From: Asterias rubens
Lineage: Eukaryota
NCBI RefSeq assembly: GCF_902459465.1
Contig: NC_047076.1
Location: forward strand, 13,764,001 to 13,828,000
Direction: 5' to 3'
Length of the DNA: 64,000 nucleotides
Position numbers and translations under genes: made by a program. Positions 1 through 11,489 of the stretch are shown piece by piece (position 1 is the stretch's first letter; each line of letters begins with the position of its first letter). Below the pieces are notes generated by a model. That model searched no databases and was not told where the DNA came from. It saw only the letters and a program-made list of their open reading frames with translations.

Positions 1-1516
1 CTCACGAATACCCGAACATCTACTCTGCGGTAGTAGAACAAAGCAAGACAGTTCTCTAAGAACAAACTCTACCTGGCAAGTGGTGTTACCGCAAACCAAA
101 TATATATACATATAGGACGTTTAAAAAGAACTTCGACATATAGCCATACCTAAGTTATTTGTACACAATCCTCAATATCGTCACTGCTTAGCAAGGTTTA
201 GGTGCTAAGCACATAAACTACAAGTTGAGGTTGGGCGATATACAGGTGTAGAATTTAAGGATCGTATGTATTCACTGATTGGAGGATATTGAAATCCAAA
301 TTCATTTCATTTGTTTTGTCAAATGTTTACTGTATTCGGAAAGATATTGTATGATACCATGGGTCAAAGTTACACAGGTTTTAGTATCTTATCTGACAAG
401 AAAAAAATAATTTTCCTTGTGAGTTCTCAAAGGAAAACCATTATTAATTGTGTTTCGAAACCCAAACATAATTTAAAATTTGTTCTTGCTGACCTCTCGA
501 GAGCTCTTCTTCTGTGTTGTATAATAAGTTTAAGTTTTGTTATTGTTGTACAATACAGTACGATACAATACAATGCAATTATTATTATTATTAATGCATC
601 CATTATTTGCAAAATATTGCGTGTAGTTATTTAAATGCCTCGTAGTTTTAATAGCAACTGTACGAAATTAAATTGCAATTGAATAAGGTTGAATCTGTGT
701 TTCATGTTTTCTCTTTCATTATTGTTGTGCAAAGCCTTTAACGTAAAATCAAACTTCAAAACTGTGCACCCTCAATATTGGAAAACATCACAAGGGGTAG
801 TAAGTCCAGGATTTTTATCCATTACGGGCCCGAAATTAAACAAAATCACATTAAAAACAAAACAAAAGAGGTCGTGATTCCAGCATTTTCATCAAAAAAA
901 GACCTAAGTGTAAATTTTAAGGAACAAACATTTTTCATCATCAGAAGCCAAGCATTTTAGTCGTTTTTTAAAATGATTTCAGTGATGAAAATGCTGGACT
1001 TACCCCTTGCCTTTCTTCAATTTTAGGAGATTTTTTGATGAGAATGCAGCTGGACGTCTTTTTTTTCAGTTTATAAAAAGAAAGATAATTTGAATACACA
1101 TAATTGTCCAGAAGAAAAAACTTCCGAGGTCAAATAAATAAAACAAAAACTACGTCTTTAATGGTGTGGTTAGTTGGGTTCATTTAATTAATTGTACTAA
1201 ATCTCATAGCTTGATAGGTGGCGCCGTAGCTACACTAACTACGTATGGGACTGGGAGCCACGAGACCCTGGTTCAACTCTACTGGGTGTATGTTTCTTTT
1301 TCTTTGTTGCTTGAGTGGACGCAGTGAATTATTATAAGTAGTATAAACCCCCCCCCCCCCCAGACACACCAACAGCGTGTTCTACCGAGAGCTGGTACAC
1401 CCGGTTCGAATCCTGTACCCGTACATTATATAGACTTGATTTTACTGCTTGTCGCGGGAATGAATTTGGGGTAGGTCATACCCAAACTAGGTTGGATTAT
1501 TTGGCCAGGTGGTAGA

Positions 1517-3520
1517 GTAAAAGACAGTCTCCAAGTTACAGGTTGCTGGAACAATAGGATGGGTCTCGAACACTCATTTTAACCTTGATTTTAAACCGTC
1601 GTACTATCCGAAATGAGGCATTATCTCAAAAAGTAGCAATCGTAGACGACTAAAACCAAGATTTTCCTGCTCCTCGCCCTCTAATACACCTAGGTATGAA
1701 ATTTCAGGCGATTTGGAAGACAAAAATTTTGGCCGATTTCTGAAAAAAACGACAAGGGGGTAAGCTTGACGTTTTTTCAGCCTCGGAAACATTTTCTCTC
1801 CGAATTGCCTCAAAATTTAACCAAAGGAAGTTCGTCATATGTAAAAGACAGTTTCCAAGTTACAGAAAGCTGGAACAATAGGATGGGTCTCAAATATTCA
1901 TTTTAATCTGGATTTTAAACCGTCGTACTATCCGAAATGAGGCATTATCTCAAAAAGTAGCAATCGTAGACGACTAAAACCAAGATTTTCTTGCTCCTCG
2001 CCCCCAATTACACCTAAGTATGAAATTTCAGTCGATTTGGAAGACACAAATTTCGGCCGATTTTTGAAAAAACGACAAGGGGGTACTGACGTTTTTTCAG
2101 CCTCGAAAACGTTTTCTCTCCGAATTGCCTCAAAATTTAACCAAAGGAAGTTCGTCATGTGTAAAAGACAGTCTCCAAGTTACAGGTTGCTGGAACAATA
2201 GAATGGGTCTCAAACACTCATTTTAATCTGGATTTTAAACCGTCGTACTATCCGAAATGAGGCATTATCTCAAAAAGTAGCCATCGTAGACGACTAAAAC
2301 CAAGATTTTCCTGCTCCTCGCCCTCTAATACACCTAGGTATGAAATTTCAGGCGATTTGGAAGACAAAAATTTCGGCCGATTTTTGAAAAAACGACAAGG
2401 GGGTAAGCTTGACGTTTTTTCAGCCTCGGAAACATTTTCTCTCCGAATTGCCTCAAAATTTAACCAAAGGAAGTTCGTCATGTGTAAAAGACAGTCTCCA
2501 AGTTACAGAAAGCTGGAACAATAGGATGGGTCTCAAATATTCATTTTAATCTGGATTTTAAACCGTCGTACAATCCGAAATGAGGCACTATCTCAAAAAG
2601 TAGCAATCGTAGACGACTAAAACCAAGATTTTCTTGCTCCTCGCCCCCAATTACATCTAAGTATGAAATTTCAGTCGATTTGGAAGACAAAAATTTCGGC
2701 CGATTTTTGAAAAAACGACAAGGGGGTAAGCTTGACGTTTTTTAAGCCTCGAAAACGTTTTCTCTCCGAATTGCCTCAAAATTTAACCAAAGGAAGTTCG
2801 TCATGTGTAAAAGACAGTCTCCAAGTTACAGGTTGCTGGAACAATAGAATGGGTCTCAAACACTCATTTTAACCTTGATTTTAAACCGTCGTACTATCCG
2901 AAATGAGGCATTATCTCAAAAAGTAGCAATCGTAGACGACTAAAACCAAGATTTTCCTGCTCCTCGCCCTCTAATACACCTAGGTATGAAATTTCAGGCG
3001 ATTTGGAAGACACAAATTTCGGCCGATTTTTGAAAAAACGACAAGGGGGTAAGCTTGACGTTTTTTCAGCCTCGGAAACGTTTTCTCTCCGAATTGCCTC
3101 AAAATTTAACCAAAGGAAATTCGTCATGTGTAAAATACAGTCTCCAAGTTACAGGCTGCTGGAACAATAGAATGGGTCTCAAACACTCATTTTAACCTTG
3201 ATTTTAAACCGTCGTACTATCCGAAATGAGGCATTATCTCAAAAAGTAGCAATCGTAGACGACTAAAACCAAGATTTTCTTGCTCCTCGCCCTTAATTAC
3301 ACCTAAGTATGAAATTTCAGTCGATTTGGAAGACAAAAATTTCGGCCGATTTTTGAAAAAACGACAAGGGGGTAAGCTTGACGTTTTTTTCAGCCTCGGA
3401 AACATTTTTTTCTCCGAATTGCCTCAAAATTTAACCAAAGGAAGTTCGTCATGTGTAAAAGACAGTCTACAAGTTACAGGTTGCTGGAACAATAGGATGG
3501 GTCTCAAATATTTATTTTAA
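1517..3520. repeat. Tandem satellite, about 6.2 copies of a ~323-bp monomer
   Basis: The unit start gtaaaagacagtctccaagttacag recurs at about 1517, 1841, 2161, 2484, 2807, 3130 and 3455. The repeated minus-strand ORFs ending LLFEIMPHFG are by-products of this repeat. Confidence 0.95.
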
Positions 3521-4045
3521 CCTCTCTTTTTGGAGTCACTGCTATATCAACAAGTAAGCGACATTGCGACAAGAACACGAATAGTCGGGTACCCTATAGT
3601 TGGTCTTATAACCCATGCTTCGTACCCAGTAATTTACCGCGTACACATGTATTCAAAATGATCTCCAACCATGCAGTTGACTCTGGCTGTCTCCGTGGAC
3701 GATATTTAGAGCCTTTTTGATGTAGTTTTAATCTTCAGGGAACTGTTCAGGCAAGACTAATGTGTACTCGTTTATTCTGATTCAATATGAAGTCGTTCAA
3801 ACCCATGGTAAAAGCAATGTTTGTGATTTTGTTTGTTTCTATTAGCTATAGGTCTACACTACGTTAGCTGGTATGCTGGTATGCTGTGCACAACACAATG
3901 GGTATGGTGTGTTATTGCTCAATATAATTCTCTGTTATAGTTAGTAGGCCTGTAGGTTGCTGTTTTCCCGTTGATTATTCGGAGATTAAAACAAAACGGC
4001 CAGAAATTGGTGGTGAGGTCGTAAAATTGTTCCAATCTAATTATT

Positions 4046-4177
4046 GGATAACTTTCCGTATGGCGCCACCACTTTTTCACTCATTTTTACAAAAAGGGAT
4101 ATCTCATTGAGGTAAATAAGATACTATATTATTTTATATCGAATGAAAAAGTGGTGGCGCCATACGGAAACTTTTCC
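4046..4177. mobile_element. Short MITE with ~30-bp terminal inverted repeats
   Basis: ttccgtatggcgccaccactttttca ... tgaaaaagtggtggcgccatacggaa. A near-identical copy with different flanks lies at 15896-16027. Confidence 0.85.
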
Positions 4178-4819
4178 ATACGATATGGACAGGTTTGCGG
4201 TAACACCATGCAATGACTATCATCTCTAAATATGGGGTGGTTCTGAAAATAACCGTTGGTTTCAATTGACGTTTCGGTCAGTATTCTCTGATCGCCTTTG
4301 GAGAAAAACAAAATTCTTTTACGATGCACAAACACTTGACGTTTAAATTTTAAGTTTAATGATTTAAATTATTTAAATAAATAAAAATAAATAAAAAATT
4401 GCTGCTTAAAATAAATTTGAATGTGTATGTCAATTATTGTCTGAATTCTTTTTATATTGATTTAAAGAGCAGTCATGTGAAATGTAGAAACTCAAACATT
4501 AAACAATATTGAATTAAAACATAAAGAATACTCCGTCCCGTGTCTTATTTAGAGTTCAATTTCCTTAGACTATCAAATATTACATTATATTATATTATAT
4601 TACATATAATAATAAATGGTTTTGTTGGTCACATTGTTACGCCCCCTGTTTGAATATGCCCCCCCCCCCCCATTCGCCCGATTTGCCCGGCTTCTAGAGA
4701 CTTTTTCAATTGCTGATATTATTTTCTCAGTTAGATAGACCCGTTTTAGTCCCGTGCATTTTATTTATCTCAAACACCGTCGAATTTGTGCATGCATCAA
4801 CTCTGTTGTACCCAGTCCC

Positions 4820-6720
4820 AATCTTTACATTACCTGGGGTACTATGGCATCGGGAAATCCTTGTAAAACACGCGAGTGGAAGGCACTCGCTATATACGTT
4901 TTGATTAAAAGTTGTCCACTCTAAGGTTTATAATTAAACTCGAACTCATTGTTCATAAGAAGAGCGGTTGCCCAGTGGTAGAGCTCCGGATTCTGAGCGC
5001 AAAGATACTGAGTTCGAGCCACGGCGCGTGTCTTTTTCTACGCGTAAGAACATTGGTTTAAGCGGAACCCTATGGCATAGGGAAACCCTTGCTTTATACC
5101 TAATAAATAACATGCGAGTGGAAGGCACCCGCTATTACGTTTTGATTTAAAGTTGAGTTCATTCTAAGGTTTATATTTAAACTCGAACCTTTTGTTATGA
5201 AGAAGGACAGTGGCACAGTGGTAGGGCTCTGGACTCTGAAGCCAAAGGTGCTGGGTTCGAACCCCGGTGTGTGTTCTTTTTCTGCGTTGAAGAACATTGG
5301 TTTACGCGGTACCCTACGGCCTAGGGAAATCCTTGCTTAACCCTTAATCAATAATTAATGCGAGTGGAAGGCATAAGCTATAATACGTTTTGATTTAAAA
5401 TTGTTCATTCTAGGGTATAACATTAAACTCGAACACAAATGATGTAAGAGTAGTAGTGGCCCAATGGAAGGGCTCCCGATTCTACACCCAATGGTACGGG
5501 GTTCGATTCCCGATCTGTGTTCTTTTACTACGTTTTGATTTAAAGTTGTTCATTCTAGGGTATAACATTACACTCGAACGCAAATGAAGTAAGAGTAGTA
5601 GTGGCCTAATGGAAGGGCTCCGGGCTCTACAACCGATGGTACGGGGTTCCATTCCCGATCTGTGTTCTTTTAGTATGCTTGAGAACATTGGTTTGCGCGG
5701 TACCCTATGGCATAGGGAAATCCTTGCTTTACACTTAATAAATAAATTGCTAGTGGAAGGCATAAGCTATAATACGTTTTGATTTAAAATTGTTCATTCT
5801 AGGGTATAACATTAAACTCGAACGCAAATGAAGTAAGATGAGTAGTGGCCCAATGGAAGGGCTCCGGGCTCTACACCCAATGGTACAGGGTTCGATTCCC
5901 GGGTGTTCTTTTACTACGTTTTGATTTAAAGTTGTTCACTCTAGGGTTCAACATTAAACTCGAACGCAAATGAAGTTAGAGTAGTAGTGGCCTAATGGAA
6001 GGGCTCCGGGCTCTACACCCGATGGTACGGGGTTCGATTCCCGATCTGTGTTCTTTTAGTATGCTTGAGAACATTGGTTTGCGCGGTACCCTATGGCATA
6101 GGGAAATCCTTGCTTTACACTTAATAAATAATTTGCGAGTGGAAGGCATAAGCTATAATACGTTTTGATTTAAAGTTGTTCATTCTAAGGTATAACATTA
6201 AACTCGAACGCAAATGAAGTAAGATGAGTAGTGGCCCAATGGAAGGGCTCCGGGCTCTACACCCAATGGTACGGGGTTCGATTCCCGTGTGTTCTTTTAC
6301 TACGTTTTGATTTAAAGTTGTTCATTCTAGGGTATAACATTAAACTCGAACGCAAATGAAGTAAGAGTAGTAGTGGCCTAATGGAAGGGCTCCGGGCTCT
6401 ACACCCAATGGTACGGAGTTCGATTCCCGGGTGTTCTTTTACTACGTTTTAATTTAAAGTTGTTCATACCAAGGTTTAAAATTAAACTCGAACGCCATAA
6501 AAGTAAGAGGAGACGTGGCTCAATGGAAGGGCTCCGGACTCTACACCCAATGGTGCGGAGTTCGATTCCCGAGTGTTCTTTTACTACGTTTTAATTAAAA
6601 GTTTGTCATACGAAGGTTTAAAATAAAACTCGAACGCATATTAGTAAGAAGGAGCAGTGGCCCAGTGGAAGGGCTCTGGTCTCTGGACCGGAGGGTCCCG
6701 GGATCGAATCCAGCTTCAGA
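4820..6720 (+). repeat. Tandem array of ten tRNA-like (tRNA-Gln-related) pseudogene units with AT-rich spacers
   Basis: Heads start at about 4961, 5204, 5450, 5595, 5839, 5981, 6225, 6367, 6509 and 6651. Each has an A box (tggcccaatgg-type) and a B box (ggttcgattcc-type), and nine are followed directly by TTTT. The anticodon arm ctggactCTGaagcca (unit 2) resembles tRNA-Gln(CTG). Acceptor stems do not pair. Confidence 0.8.
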
Positions 6721-6829
6721 AAAGTTGGAGACGTTTTAAAAATGTTTTATTTTTAATTTTTTTTTTAACTTATATAAAAAAGAGCATAGGTTCGTTTTAA
6801 GTTTTAAGTTTAAAGTTTCTTTCCTCAGC

Positions 6830-6985
6830 GAGTGCTAGCGGTGAGTGCCACTGCGCGGTGTGTGCCACTGTCTGGTGGGTCGAGACTTCTCGGACGGCAA
6901 CCGCGCTGCCACCACCGGGGTTCGAACCGGGGACCCTTTGCTTGGGAGGCCGACACCTACCCACGACACCCACTTGGGTCCCCCC
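6830..6985 (-). mobile_element. tRNA(Gly-CCC)-like head with a GC-rich body, probable SINE, convergent on the tRNA-like array
   Basis: Minus strand reads ggcctCCCaagcaaagggtccccggttcgaaccccgg, with a clear B box. The A box and acceptor stem are degenerate. Confidence 0.5.
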
Positions 6986-7039
6986 CAGGATAATTCGCAT
7001 TTTAGACCTGATAAACCTTCGGTTCATACTTTACACAGA

Positions 7040-7760
7040 GAGCTATGGCATGGGATTTCAGTGCTTTATACTTAGTATATAATTGAATACTCATCATAGG
7101 ATACTATGGTATGGGAATATCAATGCTTTATACTTGGTGTATAATTTGCGAGTTGAATACTTTTCATAGGATACTATGGTATGGGAATATCAATGCTTTA
7201 TACTTAATTTCGAGTGAAATGCACAAGTTGTGGGCTGGTTACATAGGCATGGGAAACTTATTGGTTCGGACTTAAAACATATTTGAGTTAAAATCTACAC
7301 ACTGTATAGTTTAAAATGGGAAAAGGGGTACGCATGGTACTATGGCATAGGGAAATCCTTGCTTTGGACTTGGTAAATAATTTGCGAGTGGAAGGCATAA
7401 TACGCTTTTACTGACGGGTATTGGTAGTAGATATGGGACTCTTGTGTTCAGACTTAAAAAGTATTCGACGAGTTGAAGGCACACGCTGTAGGCATAAAGA
7501 TAGACAATTAGTTTAATTAATGGGGAAATGGTACGCATGGTACAATGGCATAGGGAAATCCTTGCTTTGGACTAGGTAAATAATTTGAGAGTGGAAGGCA
7601 TACGCTTTACTGACGGGTAGACAGGGGACTCTTTGGTTGTGATTTAAAAAATTGGTGAGTGGATGGAAGGTACACGCTGTAAGTATGGCGCATTGGTTTA
7701 CAAGGAAACATAGGCATAATAGGGGACTTACAAAATAATTATTTGAGTCGAAGGCACACG
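7040..7760 (+). repeat. Degenerate tandem copies of the array spacer module without tRNA-like heads
   Basis: ctatggcatagggaaatccttgc and gcgagtggaaggca motifs recur at about 7044, 7103, 7173, 7243, 7339 and 7542. Confidence 0.7.
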
Positions 7761-8029
7761 ATGTAGGTATAGAAAATTAGTTCACAGGGGAAGTTGGTCT
7801 GGCATTTCGATGGGAATTGGGGATTGTCGGTCGCTGTGGAAAGGGTAGCGGGGTACACTGGGGTTGGGTGGCTGAGTCTTTAGTAGGCTAGCTGGGATCA
7901 ACATGACGGCGGGAATATAACTTCTTTGAATTTCCACCAGTGTTCTTGGTGGGTACTCGCCGTGATGGTACAATTGGTTTTATTGAGTTTGATACAATAA
8001 TTATTTGAGACATTGTTATATCGAAAATC

Positions 8030-8400
8030 AGGCAATAAAAACAATTACATCAAAAAGTTACTAAGGTAGACGACTAAACCCAAGTTTTCAGGCGATTTTG
8101 AAAAACACAACTTTTTTCGGCAGATTTTTGAGAAAACGGCATGGGGTATAACTTGACGTTTTTTTCACCCTCAAAAAAAATGTTACTCAGATTTGCCTCA
8201 AAATTTAACCAAAGAAAGTTCTTTATGTGCAAAAGACGCTCTACGGATACAGATTGCTGGAACAATTGGAAGGGCCTCAAATTAATATTAATTTTAATCT
8301 TGATTTGGGGGCATCGAAAACTAGACAATATCTCAAAAAGGTGGCAAACCAGTTTTAGATTTACAACTTGATATGAGAAAGGCAATCTGCAAAGGCTTAA
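8030..8400. repeat. Diverged solitary monomer of the 323-bp satellite
   Basis: Shares gtagacgactaaa, acttgacgttttttt, ttgcctcaaaatttaaccaaag and gctggaacaat with the 1517-3520 array, in the same orientation. Confidence 0.8.
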
Positions 8401-10118
8401 ACATGATGTATCAATTCTTTTGGATGGTAGGCCTACGACTCCGAATGTCAGACCACCGGTCATTTTGGTTGGTAAACAGTTTACGGCAGCTCAGTGTTAC
8501 ATAACATGTAAACAAAAACTGACATAGAAACACGTAGGAGTGGCCGACACGAATTGAAGTAGATAATCTATAGAAACTACACAGAAAAGTCGATTGTTTC
8601 ATCAGATCATGAAGGAATTCTTCATCCAGTATCTGATTGACGGCAAATTGGCAATGACAATGCAATGACCTATGCTCTAACGTTACAGCTACTTCCGGAT
8701 TGCCGTTGTTTATGTTGAGCATGAAGGTGGAATAAAGTTGCGACAAGAATTGCCCGTTTTATGACAAACTAGGTGGTTACACGCCTTCCACGAGGACTTC
8801 ATCCTATTCTACATTATGAACTTGAATAAACTACATGATAAAGCTTACCCATAGAGACATTAAATCACATCAAATCATCCTAAGTATATCCATGGTGTTG
8901 ATAAAATAAAGCATGGCTGGTGGCCATTTTGAATATGGCGTCACGGTATCAAGCCGTCGAGTACCCAGACCTCTACTACTCTGTTGGTGTTCATTTCGCG
9001 TAGCGTGGAAATCGGGTACCTGTCGGTTGCTTTAGCTGGTTCCAATCACCGGTGCCTGTCCAAGATCAAAGGGGCAAACTGGCTCCCGCAAGATCTCGCG
9101 GAATGATTCGAAATGCGAGAATCGAAGGCTTGAATCATATTAAAAGTGATGAATAAACGCTTACACTGTAACTAATTGTGGTAATTAAACCAAGTAGCCT
9201 TACATTTGTTTAACTTGAAATGATTTAGCGCAAAGTTGAAAGAACTAAAGGTAATATATGAGGTCTATTTTTTGTTCGTTTCTCAGCTTATTATTAATGT
9301 AGGAACAAATAACTTGTAGGTAGATTATTAAAAAGTGACCTTATTTCGTTGTTGAAAATATCTCACTCAAATTTGCGCCACCAAATAATCTAACTTTTAA
9401 AGCCTTCGGTACACTTCAACCCCCCCCCAAAAAAAAAAAAAAAATAATAATAATAATAATAATATTAATAACAAAATATGGCCATCTTATGCATGTTGTT
9501 GTGTTAGAAAATTGCAAGGATTTTACTAAAACGCAAGGCTTACCATTTGAATTTTTGTAACAAAAAATGCAAGGCTTTGAATATCCATTTTTTGTAGGGT
9601 AAACCGTTTTTGTTTACTGAAAAAGTTTAAAGAGATGAGCCTTGTGCCTCAAAATAAATACATCAATAAAAAAAAATAAAAAAATACAAACAAAACAAGG
9701 GGTAGATGTCCTACAGTTTATCAAACTTTGGGCCATAAATTTAAGAAAACACAAAGAGTTGTTTTTATTCTCTAAAATAATGCGATAGGTACCTCTGACT
9801 CTGATGTGTGTTTAACTTGAGGAATAACTTTTATAAATAATATTTTCAACTTGAGGAATGGTTTTAGATATAGATTGGTCAACATCAAATCTCAATCTTA
9901 GAAAAAAATGAAAGGTACATGCCATCACTGAAGAAACCAGCTTCATTTTAATGCATACAAATCGAACTTCATAAAATGTGGTCAAATAATACAAATAAAT
10001 AAAATCACAAGGCATAAGTCAAGCATTTTTTATCAATGTTTTGTAATTTTGTTTATTGGAATAGTACAATATAACACATTTGGCTTGATCAGAAATGTAT
10101 AAGGTTAAATCACAATAG

Positions 10119-10488
10119 TTAAAGGCAGTGGACACTATTGGTAATTAGCATAAAACCTTTCTTGGTGACGAGTAATGGGGAGAGGTTGATAGTATAAAAC
10201 ATTGTGAGAAACGACTCCCTCTGAAGTGCCATAGTTTTCGAGAAAGAAGTAATTTTCCCTAAATTTGATTTCGAGACCTCAGATTTAGAACTTGAGGTCT
10301 CGAAATCAACCATCTGAACGCACACAACTTCGTGTGACAAGGGTGTTTTTTTCTTCATTATTATCTCGCAACTTCGATGACCGTTTGAGCTCAAATTTTC
10401 ACAGGTTAGTTATTTTATGCATATGTTGAGATACACCAACTGTGAAGGCTAGTCCTTGACAATTACCAATAGTGTCGTATGCCATTAA
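10119..10488 (-). mobile_element. TTAA-flanked non-autonomous DNA transposon (Kolobok- or piggyBac-type MITE)
   Basis: Terminal repeat ttaaaggcagtggacactattggtaatt. The same family occurs at 10509-10932, 12362-13080, 22956-23340 and as fragments near 14986, 35680 and 47750. Confidence 0.8.
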
Positions 10489-10508
10489 ACCTGCAATTGT
10501 ATGTTGAT

Positions 10509-10932
10509 TTAAAGACACTGGACATGTTTGGTAATTGTCAAAGACCAGTATTCACTCTTGATGTATCTCAAAATATGCATAACATAACAAACCTGTAAAA
10601 ATTTGAGCTCAGTTGGTCGTCAAATTTGCAATTAAAGAACAATGAAAGCAAAAACGCCCTTGTTGCACAAGTTGTGTGCTTTCAGATGCTTGATTTCGAG
10701 ACCTCAAATTCTAATTCTGAGGTCTCGAAATCAAATTCAAATATTTTAGTGAGAAATCGCTTCTGTCTTAAAAACTATGTTACTTCACAGGGAGCTGTTT
10801 CTCATAATGTTTTATACTATCTCCAGCTCTCCAGTTTTATACTATCTCCAGCTCTCCATTGCTCGTTACCAAGTAAGTTTTTAATGATAACAATTGTTTT
10901 GAGTAATTACCAATTGTGTCCAGTGCCTTCAA
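10509..10932 (+). mobile_element. TTAA-flanked MITE, same family, opposite orientation
   Basis: ttaaagacactggacatgtttggtaatt ... aattaccaattgtgtccagtgcc, with the internal gatttcgagacctc...gaggtctcgaaatc palindrome typical of the family. Confidence 0.75.
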
Positions 10933-11489
10933 AGGAATTGTATAATGCTGAACCACGGTTCTATAAGGTTATATCGCAAATTGTATAAATTTATATCGCA
11001 ATTGTATCAGGGAAATATTGCAATAGTTCAAGATTATATCACAATCATATAAGGTTATATCGCAAATGTAAAAGGTTATATCGCAATCGTATAAAGGTAA
11101 TATCGTAACTGTATATACAGTTATATTGCAATTGTATAAGGTTTTATATTCAAGGAATAATGACCCAGGATTCTGTGTTGTTTTTGTCTTGGAATTTTGA
11201 CATTAAATTTGCTTTGACACCGTTGCCCATATTGAAGTTTTAAGTAAAATAGTCTTTTACGTTTTGCATAATTTGTATTGAACATTAGGAAAGCTCTTTA
11301 AAAGAATTTCCAAGTGTGGCCTTTGAATTACTTGGCTCATAAAAATTAATGGATGAGCAGTTAATATGACATGGGTAGTCAGCCCAGTGATCTCCATGAC
11401 CCCTCCTAAAATTCCAGCCCGGACGCCCACGATTATGAATTGTAAATCAAGAACTTGTGGTTCAGTAACTAGACGCTTGTCATTTTTAA

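Noticed and set aside
1604-3520. Repeated 60-77 aa ORFs ending LLFEIMPHFG
   Set aside because: These are translations of satellite monomers, frameshifted between copies.
5450-5530. Pairing of the 5' gtagtag with the downstream ttactac as an extended acceptor stem
   Set aside because: The complement lies beyond the TTTT terminator and arises from the deletion junction that made the short units, so it is probably coincidental.
5450-6580. Functional amber suppressor tRNA genes
   Set aside because: Acceptor stems do not pair, T-stems are mismatched and position 37 is C. Kept only as tRNA-like units.
4820-6720. CRISPR-like repeat/spacer reading of the array
   Set aside because: Spacers are homologous to each other rather than unique, the context is eukaryotic and there are no cas genes.
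8411-8746. 111-aa minus-strand ORF
   Set aside because: It has no recognisable motif or supporting exon structure.
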